Positions 26,598 through 38,902 of a stretch of DNA of 64,000 bases are shown piece after piece. Within the stretch, counting starts at the first letter, position 1. Every line of letters starts with the position of its first letter. The notes beneath the pieces were generated by a model. It was not told the DNA's origin. It searched no databases and saw only the letters and a list, made by a program, of their open reading frames with translations. Origin of the DNA: Gammaproteobacteria bacterium (lineage in GTDB: Bacteria; Pseudomonadota; Gammaproteobacteria; UBA4575); the NCBI GenBank assembly GCA_965203725.1, contig CBDBDH010000001.1, forward strand, positions 644,686 through 708,685, read 5' to 3'. Made by a program: the position numbers and the translations under genes.

Positions 26598-29303
26598 TCA
26601 GTTGTGCACCGGGGGTGGTTTTTCGGGGTCCAGCCTGTACTTCTTCATGGCGGCCCCGATGTTCTTGCGCTCGATGACGCCCTGCTCGGCCAGCGTGTGC
26701 AGGGTCGCCACGGTGATGGACTCGGCATCGACCTCGAAGTAGCGGCGCAGGCTGCGGCGGGTGTCGCTTCGTCCGAACCCGTCGGTGCCCAGCACGGCAT
26801 AGGGGGCCTTCACGTAGGGGCGGATCTGGTCGGCGTAGATCTTCATGTAGTCGGTAGCCGCCACCACGGGCGCATCACAGCCGTCGAGGCATTGCTCGAC
26901 GTAGGACCTTCGCGCCTTTTTCCTCGGATGCAGCCGGTTCCAGCGCTCGCCCTCCATGCCTTCCCGGCGCAGCCGATTGAAGCTCGTCACGCTCCAGACC
27001 TCGGCGCCGACTCCGAAGTCCTCGGACAGCAGGTCCGCCGCGCGTAGGACTTCACGCAGGATCGCCCCGCTGCCGAGCAGTCGCACCTGCACCTCGCTTC
27101 CGGGAGCTTCCCGCAGGCGGTACATGCCCTGGATGATGCCGGACTCGCAGCCTTTCGGAAGCGCCGGGTGCTCATAGTTCTCGTTGGTCACCGTGATGTA
27201 GTAGTACCAGTCCTTCTGTTCCACGTACATGGCTTCGAGACCATGGTGGATGATGACGGCAAGCTCGTAGGCGAAGGCTGGATCGTAGGCGCGGCAGTTG
27301 GGGATGGTGGAGGCCAGCACGTGGCTGTGCCCGTCCTGGTGCTGCAGCCCTTCACCGGCCAGGGTGGTGCGCCCGGAGGTGCCGCCGATCAGAAAGCCGC
27401 GTGCCCGGCTGTCCCCGGCCGCCCAGGCCAGGTCGCCGACGCGCTGGAAGCCGAACATGGAGTAGAAGATGTAGAACGGGATCATCGGCATGTTGTGGAT
27501 GCAAAAGGAGGTCGCCGCGGCAATCCAGGAGGACATGGCGCCGGCCTCGGTAATGCCTTCCTCGAGGATCTGACCCGCGCGGTCCTCGCGGTAGACCAGC
27601 ACCTGGTCGGAATCCACCGGGTCGTACTGCTGGCCGCGGTGCGCGTAAATGCCGAGGCTTCGAAACAGGCCCTCCATGCCGAAGGTGCGCGCCTCGTCCG
27701 GCACGATCGGCACGATGTGGCGGGCCAGCGCCTCGTCGCGGACCAGGGTCAGCAGGATGCGAACGAAGGCCATGGTGGTGGAGTACGAGCGCCCCTTGCT
27801 GCCGTCCAGCAGTTCCTTGAAGGCCGCGAGCTTCGGAATCTTCAGCTCGATTGTCGGGCTCTCGCGCCGCGGCATCTCGCCGTGCAGTTTCTCGCGCAGG
27901 CGTTTCAGGTAGCGCATCTCGGGACTGTCCTCGGGCGGCTTGTAGAACGGCACGTCCTCGAGTTCGGCATCCGAGATCGGGATGCGGTAGCGGTCGCGAA
28001 ACGCGACCAGGGATTCGCGCGCCGGTTTTTTCAGTTGGTGGGCGATGTTCAGGCTCTCGCCGCTCTTGCCTAGGCCATAGCCCTTGACGGTCTTGGCGAG
28101 GATCACGGTCGGCTGGCCGGTGTGCGCCACGGCGCGCGCATACGCGGCATAGATCTTCTGCTGGTCGTGGCCGCCGCGGTTCAGCCGCCAGATGTCGTCG
28201 TCGGTCATGTGCTCGGTCATTTTCACCAGTTCCGGGTACTTGCCGAAGAAGTGCTCGCGCACGTAGGCGCCGCCCCTGGCGCGGTAGTTCTGGTAGTCGC
28301 CGTCGACCGCCTCTTCCATGCGCTTGCGGAGGATGCCCTCCTTGTCGCGGGCGAACAGCGGGTCCCAGTTGCCGCCCCACAGCACCTTGATGACGTTCCA
28401 GCCGGCGCCGCGGAAATTCCCCTCGAGTTCCTGGATGATCTTGCTGTTGCCGCGCACCGGGCCGTCCAGGCGCTGCAGGTTGCAGTTGATGACGAAGATC
28501 AGGTGGTCGAGTTCCTCGCGCGCGGCCAGCGAGATGGCGCCCAGCGATTCCGGCTCGTCCATCTCGCCGTCGCCGGTGAATACCCACACCTTGCGCGAGC
28601 CCTTGTCGATCAGGCCGCGGTCGTGCAGGTAGTTCATGAAGCGCGCCTGGTAGATGCCCATGATCGGGGCGAGGCCCATGGACACCGTCGGGAACTGCCA
28701 GAAGTCCGGCATCAGCCAGGGATGCGGATAGGAGGACAGGCCCTCGCCTTCGACCTCGCGGCGAAAGTTCACCAGTTGCGACTCGCTCAGGCGCCCGTCG
28801 AGGAAGGCGCGCGCATACACGCCGGGAGCGGCGTGGCCCTGGAAGTACACCAGGTCGCCGGCAAACTCGCCGTTGGCCGGACGAAAGAAGTGGTTGAAGC
28901 CGATGCTGATCAGGGTGGCCGCCGAGGCATAGGTGGAGATGTGCCCGCCGAGCTCGGGGTGTTTCAGGTTCGCCTTGACGACCATGGCGAGCGCGTTCCA
29001 GCGCTCCAGCGAGCGCACCCGGTGTTCCATGCGCGGATCGCCCGGCAGGCGCGCCTCCTCCTCGACTGGGATGGTGTTGACGTAGGCCGTGGTGTTTCGA
29101 AACGGCAGGTTCACGCCACGGATGCGCGCACTGTGGATGAGCTCCTCGATCAGGTGGTGGGCGCGCTCGGCCCCGTCCCGCTCGAGCACCGCATCGAGTG
29201 CCGCCAGCCATTCGCGGGTCTCCTGCGGGTCGATGTCCTGCCCGGAGGATTGCGCCTGCGAAGTGGGCGGGGTCTCGGGTTTTTGGGGGCGCGGCTCGGA
29301 CAT
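26598..29303 (-). CDS. aceE: Pyruvate dehydrogenase E1 component (homodimeric type)
   Basis: 901 aa, ThDP-binding blocks; immediately upstream of aceF. Confidence 0.9.
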   Translation of the reverse strand: MSEPRPQKPETPPTSQAQSSGQDIDPQETREWLAALDAVLERDGAERAHHLIEELIHSARIRGVNLPFRNTTAYVNTIPVEEEARLPGDPRMEHRVRSLERWNALAMVVKANLKHPELGGHISTYASAATLISIGFNHFFRPANGEFAGDLVYFQGHAAPGVYARAFLDGRLSESQLVNFRREVEGEGLSSYPHPWLMPDFWQFPTVSMGLAPIMGIYQARFMNYLHDRGLIDKGSRKVWVFTGDGEMDEPESLGAISLAAREELDHLIFVINCNLQRLDGPVRGNSKIIQELEGNFRGAGWNVIKVLWGGNWDPLFARDKEGILRKRMEEAVDGDYQNYRARGGAYVREHFFGKYPELVKMTEHMTDDDIWRLNRGGHDQQKIYAAYARAVAHTGQPTVILAKTVKGYGLGKSGESLNIAHQLKKPARESLVAFRDRYRIPISDAELEDVPFYKPPEDSPEMRYLKRLREKLHGEMPRRESPTIELKIPKLAAFKELLDGSKGRSYSTTMAFVRILLTLVRDEALARHIVPIVPDEARTFGMEGLFRSLGIYAHRGQQYDPVDSDQVLVYREDRAGQILEEGITEAGAMSSWIAAATSFCIHNMPMIPFYIFYSMFGFQRVGDLAWAAGDSRARGFLIGGTSGRTTLAGEGLQHQDGHSHVLASTIPNCRAYDPAFAYELAVIIHHGLEAMYVEQKDWYYYITVTNENYEHPALPKGCESGIIQGMYRLREAPGSEVQVRLLGSGAILREVLRAADLLSEDFGVGAEVWSVTSFNRLRREGMEGERWNRLHPRKKARRSYVEQCLDGCDAPVVAATDYMKIYADQIRPYVKAPYAVLGTDGFGRSDTRRSLRRYFEVDAESITVATLHTLAEQGVIERKNIGAAMKKYRLDPEKPPPVHN

Positions 29304-29436
29304 GGCGATACGGTATACTCGGGATTCAACGCTACTGTAATTGTAGACCGGATACGCGGCTCATGCGTACTTTGTCCGCAATCCCCCGAAGGCTGCGGAC
29401 GCGCACCGCACCGGTCCACCCAAACCAGGATGGGAC

Positions 29437-30594
29437 ATGCCAGATGCCACCCGCTCGCAGCTTGGCCTTGCAATGACCGGCGGCGGGGCCCGCGCCGCCT
29501 ACCAGGTCGGCGTGTTGCGCCAGATCTGCCGGCAGTTCGGGGATTTCCACCCGCCCATCCTGACCGGCGTATCGGCCGGCGCCCTCAATGCCGTGCACCT
29601 GGCCTCGCATCCGGGCAGCTTCGCCGAGGCGGTCGAGCACCTCGCCGGCATCTGGACGGACCTGGATGCGGACCAAGTCTTTCGCACCGACAGCCGCTAT
29701 TTCCTCGGCAACTTCCTGCGCTGGGGCCTGAGCCTGGTGCTCGGCGGGCGGCGCATCGGCACGGGCAGGCGAAGCCTGCTCGACAACGACCCGCTTCGCA
29801 GGCTGCTGGAGCGAAACCTCGGCACTCCCGCGGGACAGCCCATCGCCGGCATCCAGGAGAACATCGATCACGGCACGCTGCGCGTGCTCGGCATCACCGC
29901 CACGAACTACGGCACCGGGGTGTCCACCACCTGGGTCCAGGGGCACGTCGGCGAGCACTGGCGCAGGCCCCGCCGGCGCAGTGAAAACGCCTACATCACC
30001 ATCGAGCACGTGATGGCCTCGACGGCCCTGCCGCTGATCTTCCCGGCCATCCGGATCAACGACGGCTGGCACGGTGACGGCGGCATCCGCTCGATCGCCC
30101 CGCTGTCCCCGGCCATGCACCTCGGCGCCGAGCGCATCCTCGCCATCTCCACCCGCTTCCAGGACGCACACCGGGGTGTCGAGGAATCCATGATCCAGGG
30201 CTACGTGCCGGTCGCACAGATCATCGGCATCCTGCTGGACTCGATGTTCCTCGATCTGCTCGATTACGATGCCGCCAACATGAGCCGCATCAACGACGTC
30301 TACGAGCAGCTCGGTGAAGCCTCGCGCGCGCAGTACAAGAAGGTCCGGGTGCTGGTGCTTCGCCCGAGCGAGGACATCGGCAAGCTGGCCGGGCACTACG
30401 AGATCAACCTGCCGCAGCCCTTCCGGTATTTCACGCGCGGCTTCGGCACCAAGGACACGAAAAGCCCGGATTCGCTGTCCCTGCTGATGTTCCAGCCCGA
30501 CTACCTGCGCTACCTGGTCGAGCTCGGCGAGCGCGATGCGAGACGCCACGCCGGGGAAATCGAAAAATTCCTGCGCGCTCCCACCGCGCATTGA
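29437..30594 (+). CDS. Patatin-like phospholipase
   Basis: GGGARAAYQVGVL oxyanion motif and GVSAGALNA (GxSxG) nucleophile elbow. Confidence 0.75.
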   Translation: MPDATRSQLGLAMTGGGARAAYQVGVLRQICRQFGDFHPPILTGVSAGALNAVHLASHPGSFAEAVEHLAGIWTDLDADQVFRTDSRYFLGNFLRWGLSLVLGGRRIGTGRRSLLDNDPLRRLLERNLGTPAGQPIAGIQENIDHGTLRVLGITATNYGTGVSTTWVQGHVGEHWRRPRRRSENAYITIEHVMASTALPLIFPAIRINDGWHGDGGIRSIAPLSPAMHLGAERILAISTRFQDAHRGVEESMIQGYVPVAQIIGILLDSMFLDLLDYDAANMSRINDVYEQLGEASRAQYKKVRVLVLRPSEDIGKLAGHYEINLPQPFRYFTRGFGTKDTKSPDSLSLLMFQPDYLRYLVELGERDARRHAGEIEKFLRAPTAH

Positions 30595-31103
30595 ATGCGG
30601 GGCTTGCACGCGGGCGCGACTGCGCTAAGCTTGATGACCCCGCCACGATCAAGCCATCAGGCAGGACTCAGTACACAGACGACATGACAAGCGAGAACCC
30701 GGACAAAGCCGCAGGTCGACTGGTCGTGCAGATCAACGGCGAGCCCGTGCTCGAGTATGATCGCGCCCGGGCATTGAGTCCGAAGCAGCGCGCCTCGCTC
30801 ATGATGCTCGACGAGAAGCTCGATGGCGGCATCCTGCTGAACGGCGAGTTCATCACCTCCCCGAGCGAGCAGGAACGCGTGGAATTCATGGCGGGGCACC
30901 TGGTGTCGGCGCTGCTAGAGGACGATGAGGGGATCGCGGCGGCAAGCTGTGCCTACCTGGCCAAGGTGCTGCCCGAACTCAAGCAGGTGAAGGCCGGTGA
31001 AAAGGACGGGGTCGTATCGATCGAACTGGTCTTCGATCGCGATTACCAGGAAGAGTCACAGATGAAGTTCGTGCCGCTCGATGAACTTCGCTCACGGCAC
31101 TGA
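30591..31103 (+). CDS. Hypothetical protein
   Basis: TTG start overlapping patatin stop (alternative ATG about 30684); convergent with rho. Confidence 0.4.
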   Translation: MNAGLARGRDCAKLDDPATIKPSGRTQYTDDMTSENPDKAAGRLVVQINGEPVLEYDRARALSPKQRASLMMLDEKLDGGILLNGEFITSPSEQERVEFMAGHLVSALLEDDEGIAAASCAYLAKVLPELKQVKAGEKDGVVSIELVFDRDYQEESQMKFVPLDELRSRH

Positions 31104-31109
31104 GCACCC

Positions 31110-32366
<1,257 letters not shown>

Positions 32367-32582
32367 AGTCGTTCACACTCGTCGTGTTCAAAGGTTGCAG
32401 TGGGTTGTGCACGGGACGGACAGGGTCCGCCAGGACCGCGCAAAAAAATGTCGTTTACACCGGGATACAGCGCCGGCAGTATTCAGGGAGTTCGGATGTG
32501 ACTGGCCTGTATCGTCGTGTACTGTTTATTAAAGTTCGTGCGTTCTGATCGTGGTTGCCGGAGCCTGTGGGTATGGTTTTGT

Positions 32583-32908
32583 CTAGAGGCTCTGGTCAAT
32601 GAATGCAGTTAACTGTGATTTTGACAGCGCGCCGACCTTGGTCGCCTCGGCATTGCCGTTCTTGAAAATCATCAGTGTCGGTATTCCGCGCACCCCGTAC
32701 TTCGGGGGGGTGTCCGGGTTGTCGTCCACGTTAAGCTTGGCGACTTTCAGCTTGCCCTGGTATTCCACGGCGATTTCATCGAGGATCGGGGCCACCATCT
32801 TGCACGGGCCGCACCACTGCGCCCAGTAGTCCACCAGCACCGGTTCCTCGGAGCGCAGCACTTCCTGCTCGAAAGTACTGTCCGTTATGTGACTGATCGC
32901 CTCACTCA
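32583..32908 (-). CDS. trxA: Thioredoxin 1
   Basis: [19 protein letters not shown] active site; conserved trxA-rho linkage. Probable GTG start giving [10 protein letters not shown]. Confidence 0.8.
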
Positions 32909-33105
32909 CTCGACTGTTTCTCCCTATCCAAAAATAATAAAGTGATGTTCGTGAAGGCATGCGCACGGGACGGCGCATTCGGGATCCTGCAGACATTGCC
33001 TGCGCCCCTAATTTTATGCATTCCTGACAGGATTACAAGCCCGGACCTTCAATCCATGCGAACGGCCCGCTATCACGAGCGGTGCGATCCCATCCGGACG
33101 GTCGA

Positions 33106-33780
33106 CTAGATGGCTGTCACGGCCTCCGACGGCCAGTCCAGTTCGTCCTCCTCGACATGATGGGTTTCCTTCAGGGCCAGGCCGATCCACTCGCGAATGG
33201 AGGGACACTTGTCCATGGTGCGGCGGTAGTCGGTGGCAATGTCATCGAGTTCCACCTCGACGCTTCGAAAGCGCATCAGCGCCGGAGCGGACAGGGTGTC
33301 GGCGACCGTCGGTTTTCCGAACAGCCAGGGGCCGCCCTCGCCGAAATTCTCTCTGCAGTAGCGCCACACCTCCTGGATGCGGCGAACGTCCGCAAGGGCC
33401 GCCTCGCTAAGGGTATAGCCGGGAAACCGCTTGCGCAGGTTCATGGGCGCCTCGGCTCGCAATGCCTCGAAGCTGGAATGAAATTCCGCACATACGGAAC
33501 GTGCCACCGCACGGGCCTTGCGGTCCCCGGGCCAGGCGTGCGACTCGGGAAAGCGCTCACCCAGGTATTCCAGGATGGCCAGCGAATCCCAGACCTCGGT
33601 CTCCCCGTCGAGCAGGACCGGCACCTTGTCGCCGGAGAACCGCTTCGAGAGCACCTGGTTGAACTTGTCGCTGTTCAGGTCGTAGCACTTCACCTCGACC
33701 GGCAACTCGTGGCGGTGCACGAACAGCCAGGCAACCATCGACCAGGTGGAGTAGTTGTAGTTACCAATGATCAGCTTCAT
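33106..33780 (-). CDS. Glutathione S-transferase
   Basis: MKLIIGNYNYSTWS N-terminal thioredoxin-like GST fold; start moved to internal Met. Confidence 0.65.
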   Translation of the reverse strand: MKLIIGNYNYSTWSMVAWLFVHRHELPVEVKCYDLNSDKFNQVLSKRFSGDKVPVLLDGETEVWDSLAILEYLGERFPESHAWPGDRKARAVARSVCAEFHSSFEALRAEAPMNLRKRFPGYTLSEAALADVRRIQEVWRYCRENFGEGGPWLFGKPTVADTLSAPALMRFRSVEVELDDIATDYRRTMDKCPSIREWIGLALKETHHVEEDELDWPSEAVTAI

Positions 33781-33968
33781 AACGGGATGCAACCTGTACG
33801 GGAGTTCAGTCGGGGCACGGAGTGTACCCGTTTCGGGCCGGTCAATCACGGCCTGACCGATCTTTTTTTCGCACCCGGTTTTTCGCGCCTCGACGAGACC
33901 GGGAACAGCGCCTGAAGATTGGCTATAGTGGTGCCTATCCTCAAAGAAATCGCAAGGAGCCGACTGTC

Positions 33969-34277
33969 ATGCTTGAACTCAGACCGAACTGTGAAGTGTG
34001 CGACAGGGACCTGCCGCCCGCCTCGATGGATGCCCGCATCTGCTCCTATGAATGCACGTACTGCCGGGACTGTGCAGATCACGTACTCTATAACGTTTGC
34101 CCCAACTGCGGCGGCGGACTCGTGCCGCGCCCGATCCGGCCCGCCACGGCGCGAAGAAGCGGGGTCGGCCTCGCGCACCAGCCGGCCTCCACCCGCCGCG
34201 TGCATTCAAAATACAGTGCCGAAGAGATCCAGGACTTCACCGGCCCGATCCGGGACATCCGCCCCGAGGACCGCTAG
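33969..34277 (+). CDS. DUF1272 zinc-ribbon protein
   Basis: MLELRPNCEVCDRDLPP...CSYECTYCRDCA...CPNCGG matches the DUF1272 consensus; RBS CAAGGAGCCGACTGTCATG. Confidence 0.6.
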   Translation: MLELRPNCEVCDRDLPPASMDARICSYECTYCRDCADHVLYNVCPNCGGGLVPRPIRPATARRSGVGLAHQPASTRRVHSKYSAEEIQDFTGPIRDIRPEDR

Positions 34278-34373
34278 GCGCCTGAACTAGGGCCACTTGC
34301 GGGGCGGTTCTCCTTGCAGTATGTACTGATTAGTATATATTGTACTGTTTAGTACACTTAAAGGAGAATAAAG

Positions 34374-34844
34374 ATGTCAGAAGAACGCCCTCCCTTTCCC
34401 CCTTTTACCTATGAAGAGGCCGTACAGAAGGTGCGCGCGGCCGAAAACGCCTGGAACCTTCGCGACCCGGTGAAGATCTCGCTGGCCTATTCCAAGGACA
34501 GCCGCTGGCGCAACCGTGCCGAGTTTTTCCAGGGCCGCGAGGCGATCGTCGAGTTTCTGACGCGCAAGTGGGCACGTGAACTCGACTACCACCTGATCAA
34601 GGAGATCTGGACCCACCAGGACAACCGTATCGCGGTCCGTTTCCAGTACGAGTACCGCGACGACTCCGACAACTGGTTTCGTGCCCACGGCAATGAAAAC
34701 TGGGAATTCAACGAAAAGGGCCTGATGCAGCGGCGCGAAGCCAGCATCAACGATGTGCCGATCCAGAAATCGGACCGCAAGTTCCTCTGGGGCGAGGGGC
34801 CCCGCCCGGACGACTACCCCGGCCTGACCGAGCTCGGGCTGTAG
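34374..34844 (+). CDS. DUF1348 (NTF2-like) family protein
   Basis: [24 protein letters not shown]...[11 protein letters not shown]...[10 protein letters not shown]...[13 protein letters not shown]. Confidence 0.65.
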   Translation: MSEERPPFPPFTYEEAVQKVRAAENAWNLRDPVKISLAYSKDSRWRNRAEFFQGREAIVEFLTRKWARELDYHLIKEIWTHQDNRIAVRFQYEYRDDSDNWFRAHGNENWEFNEKGLMQRREASINDVPIQKSDRKFLWGEGPRPDDYPGLTELGL

Positions 34845-34848
34845 GCGC

Positions 34849-35412
34849 ATGCCACGGGAAGTCGCCGAGCGCCGCGATGCCATCGCCGAGGTGGCCGAGG
34901 TGTTCCGCGAACACGGCTATGCCGGCAGCTCGCTGGCCACCATCACGCAGCAGACCGGCCTCGGCAAGGGCAGCCTGTACCACTTTTTTCCGAACGGCAA
35001 GCAGGAGATGGCCGTGGCCGTGCTCAAGGACGTCAGCCGCTGGTTCGAGGAACACGTGTTCACGGCCCTGCGCGATGCCGGGGCGCCGGCCCGCAGCATC
35101 GAGCACATGTTCGAGGCCGTCGAGGCGTATTTCCAGTCCGGGGAGCGCATCTGCCTGCTCGGGGCCTTCGCGCTGGGGGACGGGCAGGAGGCGTTCGAGG
35201 GCGTGATCGACGGGTATTTCAGTGCCTGGACCGAGGCTCTGGCCGCCGCCCTGCAGCGCACCGGTTTCACGCCGCCGAAGGCGGCGGAGATGGCCGAGGA
35301 GGTGGTGGTCGGCATCCAGGGCGCGCTGGTGCTGGCCCGTTCCCGCCAGGACCCGCAGGTGTTTACCCGCACCCTGCAGCGCCTGAGAAGGCGCATCCCG
35401 ACCATCCAGTGA
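34849..35412 (+). CDS. TetR/AcrR-family transcriptional regulator
   Basis: N-terminal HTH SLATITQQTGLGKGSLYHFFPNGKQ. Confidence 0.75.
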   Translation: MPREVAERRDAIAEVAEVFREHGYAGSSLATITQQTGLGKGSLYHFFPNGKQEMAVAVLKDVSRWFEEHVFTALRDAGAPARSIEHMFEAVEAYFQSGERICLLGAFALGDGQEAFEGVIDGYFSAWTEALAAALQRTGFTPPKAAEMAEEVVVGIQGALVLARSRQDPQVFTRTLQRLRRRIPTIQ

Positions 35413-35533
35413 CCGGGCGGGCGGGACCGGCGCCCAAACCGGGTGGATGCTTCGACCCGAGGTCACGCACTCCTTATAATGGACACCATCCCAGGGCGCG
35501 GGCACAACCTGTGACGGCCGGGGCAGATGCAGC

Positions 35534-36988
35534 ATGATCCTCAACGATCCTTCATTACTGCGCACACAGGGCTATATCGACGGCACCTGGATGGATGCCG
35601 AAGACGGCGCCACGCTCGAGGTTCGCAACCCGGTGGACGACGACCTGCTCGGCACGGTGCCGCACATGGGGCGAGGCGAGACCCGCCGGGCCGTCGATGC
35701 GGCCCATGCGGCACAGCCCGCCTGGCGTGCACTGACCGCCAAGGCGCGGGCCGCGCAGCTGCGGGACTGGTTCGAGCGGATCCAGGCAAACCTCGAGGAC
35801 CTGTCCGTACTCATCACCATCGAGCAGGGTAAGCCGCTGGCCGAGTCGCGCGCCGAAATCGCCTACGGGGCCGCCTACATCGAGTGGTTCGCAGAGGAAG
35901 CCAGACGCATCTACGGCGAGACCATCGCCGCCAACCGGGCCGACCAGCGCATCATCGTGAGCCGCGAGCCGGTCGGTGTGGTGGCCGCGATCACGCCCTG
36001 GAACTTCCCGAACGCCATGCTCGCACGCAAGCTCGCCGCGGCACTTGCCGCCGGCTGCACGGTGGTGGCCAAGCCCTCGAGCCGGACCCCCTACTCCGCG
36101 CTCGCCCTGGCCAGACTGGCCGAGCAGGCCGGCCTGCCCAAGGGGGTGCTGAACATCGTCACCGGGCCCGGGCAGGAGATCGGGGCCGAGCTCGCCACGC
36201 ATGAGCGCGTTCGAAAACTCAGTTTCACCGGCTCCACGCGCACCGGCAAGCTACTGATGGAGCAGGGTGCCGGCACCGTCAAAAAGCTGGCGCTGGAACT
36301 CGGCGGCAACGCCCCGTTCATCGTTTTCGACGATGCCGATCTTGATGAGGCGGTGGCCGGCGCCATGCAGTCGAAGTTTCGAAATGCCGGCCAGACCTGC
36401 GTGTGCGCGAACCGCATCTTCGTGCAGGACGGCATCCACGATGCGTTCGTCGACCAGCTCGCCGGGGCCGTGCAGGCCCTCAGGGTGGGCCACGGGCTGG
36501 AGGCGGACACCGATATCGGGCCGCTGATCAGCCAGCCGGCGATCGAGAAGGTCGAGCGCCACATCGACGATGCGCTGGCCAGGGGGGCGCAGTTGCGCTG
36601 TGGCGGGGCGCGCCATGAAAAAGGCGGGAATTTCTTCCAGCCGACGGTGCTCACCGGGGTGCGCCCCGAGATGGCGGTGAACTCGGAGGAGACCTTCGGG
36701 CCGCTGGCCCCGATCTACCGTTTCGCCACGGACGAGGAGGTGATCGGCCTGGCCAACGACACCGAATCCGGACTGGCGTCCTACTTCTATACCCGGGATG
36801 CCAAGCGCATCTGGAAGCTTGCCGAGGCGCTGGAGTACGGCATGGTCGGCATCAACACCGGGCTCATCTCCACCGAGGTCGCCCCCTTCGGCGGTGTCAA
36901 GGAGTCCGGCACGGGCCGCGAGGGTTCGCGCCACGGCATCGAGGAATACCTTGAACTCAAGTACCTGTGCATGGGAGACATTACCTGA
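35534..36988 (+). CDS. gabD: Succinate-semialdehyde dehydrogenase [NAD(P)+]
   Basis: Aldehyde dehydrogenase family, catalytic ELGGNAP and FRNAGQTCVCANR; 484 aa. Confidence 0.8.
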   Translation: MILNDPSLLRTQGYIDGTWMDAEDGATLEVRNPVDDDLLGTVPHMGRGETRRAVDAAHAAQPAWRALTAKARAAQLRDWFERIQANLEDLSVLITIEQGKPLAESRAEIAYGAAYIEWFAEEARRIYGETIAANRADQRIIVSREPVGVVAAITPWNFPNAMLARKLAAALAAGCTVVAKPSSRTPYSALALARLAEQAGLPKGVLNIVTGPGQEIGAELATHERVRKLSFTGSTRTGKLLMEQGAGTVKKLALELGGNAPFIVFDDADLDEAVAGAMQSKFRNAGQTCVCANRIFVQDGIHDAFVDQLAGAVQALRVGHGLEADTDIGPLISQPAIEKVERHIDDALARGAQLRCGGARHEKGGNFFQPTVLTGVRPEMAVNSEETFGPLAPIYRFATDEEVIGLANDTESGLASYFYTRDAKRIWKLAEALEYGMVGINTGLISTEVAPFGGVKESGTGREGSRHGIEEYLELKYLCMGDIT

Positions 36989-37024
36989 CCCGGCCCGGCG
37001 ATCGGCACGGCACAGGGGTGCCGG

Positions 37025-37933
37025 TCAGAAGTGGTATCTGAGGCCGACCGACACGGCCCAGAAGCTTTGTCCGCGCGTTGAGATCCCGTAGTTCACCGGA
37101 GCCCCGCCCGGGGCCACCGTGGAGGCATGTCCACGCAGGCTGACCCAGGGATGGCCGTCATCGCGAAAATTCCCCAGCGTGCTTCCGTAGCGCAGCTTGG
37201 TGCTCAGTGTCCTGCGCTCGCCCAGGGCGTAATCCAGGCCCGCCATCAGCTGGTAGCCCCACAGCCAGTCCGACAGGGTCTTGTCCGCGATGGACGACTG
37301 GTTGGCGACCGCCGGGTGGCGCGGCGGGTTCAGGGCGGCCAGCGCGGCCGCGTCGCGGCGGGTGGAGATGCCCGAGTATTCGATCTCGATGCGCGAGAGC
37401 CCGATGCCGGCGCCCACGTAGGGGGACCATGAGGCGAACACCGGTTCCCTGAAATCGTAGTACAGGTTGGCGAACAGGCTGTCGGTGCGCAGCCGGTCGA
37501 TCTCCTCGTCGCGCACGGAGAACTCCTTTTGCTTGGGGTCACCCGGCACGGACAGATTGACCTTCTCGCCGCCGTGGCGGCGATGCCGGTACTCGGCCTC
37601 GACCCGGAACGGCCCAAGGCCCGCGTAACCGATCTGGACACCTGCCAGCCAGCCGGTGTCGAGATCGAACTTGCTGGTGCTCGCAGGCAGGGCGCGGGGC
37701 TGGCACTGGTCCGCCGGCAACGGCAGCTGCAGCCCGCCGAGGTTCACCGGCGGCAGCCACTGGTCGCAGTTGGTCGGGATGCCGACATTGGTGCGGGTGG
37801 ACTTGATCGATTCCGACTCGGCGGCACCGAGTTCAATGCCTGTGTAGAATCCGCGGTGGGTGTCCTGTGCGGTTGCAGTCAGTGCTGCCGTAAACAGCAC
37901 GGCGGCCGCAAAAGCGGGGAATATATAGCGCAT
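37025..37933 (-). CDS. Outer-membrane beta-barrel protein (MipA/OmpV-like?)
   Basis: Signal peptide MRYIFPAFAAAVLFTAALTATA; C-terminal ...VGLRYHF. Confidence 0.45.
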   Translation of the reverse strand: MRYIFPAFAAAVLFTAALTATAQDTHRGFYTGIELGAAESESIKSTRTNVGIPTNCDQWLPPVNLGGLQLPLPADQCQPRALPASTSKFDLDTGWLAGVQIGYAGLGPFRVEAEYRHRRHGGEKVNLSVPGDPKQKEFSVRDEEIDRLRTDSLFANLYYDFREPVFASWSPYVGAGIGLSRIEIEYSGISTRRDAAALAALNPPRHPAVANQSSIADKTLSDWLWGYQLMAGLDYALGERRTLSTKLRYGSTLGNFRDDGHPWVSLRGHASTVAPGGAPVNYGISTRGQSFWAVSVGLRYHF

Positions 37934-38149
37934 GGTTATCCTAGCCAATTCGCTGTGTATGGCACAAGGCATTCACGAGACCTCCCAAAAAGTGTCGTTA
38001 ATCTACATATCTCTGGATTCAAGCCACCTGAATGTGGCCTAACTAGAATCGACAGTGCAAAGTGAAGTCCGCTCACCATTGTATAGAGCCCAACCGAAAA
38101 CTCTGGCCAGACACTCTGTATCAAAACGGATACTTTAAAAATCTTGGGT

Positions 38150-38878
38150 TCAAGCTAAGGCCTCAAACTCCTTGTTCTTGCAAGGCAAAAAATTGGATGG
38201 CCACGGACTGACCAACTTACAAAGCAACTGGTATTGGACCGGTGCATATTTATTAACCTGCTCAACTGTTACTCTGACCTGATTTAAGTCTGTGGATTTG
38301 ATCAGCTGCGTGAATTCAGCAGAATAGTAGCGAGGGGCATAGCCAACAATGGTGATCGGATCGCCAGTACGCATCAGTAAAGCCATTTCATCTTGAGAGT
38401 TTTGCAAATCCTGCAACAAGTACAATCGTTCACCAACTTGCATTTGAAGTGCACGTTTCCTGTCTTCCTCATGTAGGTGCCGTAGTCCCCTACAAAAAAA
38501 GTGCACTTCGTAATTTTTCCATACTGTAGGTTCAGGACACGGAAACAGTTCCAGGGAATCCGTAGCACGCAATCCGCCTGTACGGGCAAGCTCTTCCAGC
38601 TCGTCATAGCGAGCCTCTGACAGCCCCAGCCAATAGAGATAATCCTTATATTCTGGACGATTCTTGGCCAAGATCCGACTAGTAAACATCGGAAAGAGTT
38701 CTTCGGATTCGTATACCTTGTACAAATCCTGCATACGCCCAAATCGGTGAGATTCAGGCATTTCCTCAGCACCTCGCGTGTAAACGAACTTGTAGAGATC
38801 GTCTTCCCTGGTAAGCCTTCCAACCGGTGCCCACTTCCTGGTCTTGGAATCCTGCCATGCGACAAATAGAGCTTTCAT
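38150..38878 (-). CDS. Protein with HipA N-terminal-subdomain-like (HipS-like) region; putative partner of the upstream kinase
   Basis: ALFVAWQDSKTRKWAPVGRLTREDDLYKFVYT...LFPMFTSRIL resembles the HipA N-terminus (LVTWMNNQRVGELT...FKY...FFDNLLPEG). Low GC; 25 nt downstream of the kinase gene. Confidence 0.45.
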   Translation of the reverse strand: MKALFVAWQDSKTRKWAPVGRLTREDDLYKFVYTRGAEEMPESHRFGRMQDLYKVYESEELFPMFTSRILAKNRPEYKDYLYWLGLSEARYDELEELARTGGLRATDSLELFPCPEPTVWKNYEVHFFCRGLRHLHEEDRKRALQMQVGERLYLLQDLQNSQDEMALLMRTGDPITIVGYAPRYYSAEFTQLIKSTDLNQVRVTVEQVNKYAPVQYQLLCKLVSPWPSNFLPCKNKEFEALA

Positions 38879-38902
38879 TGTGTCCGTCCTCTTTGCTAGA
38901 AA

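Noticed and set aside
27352-29984. 619- and 620-aa ORFs (27352-29211 minus, 28122-29984 plus) overlapping aceE
   Set aside because: Alternative-frame/antisense ORFs with Arg/Pro/Gly-rich low-complexity translations typical of high-GC DNA. aceE in its own frame is unambiguous.
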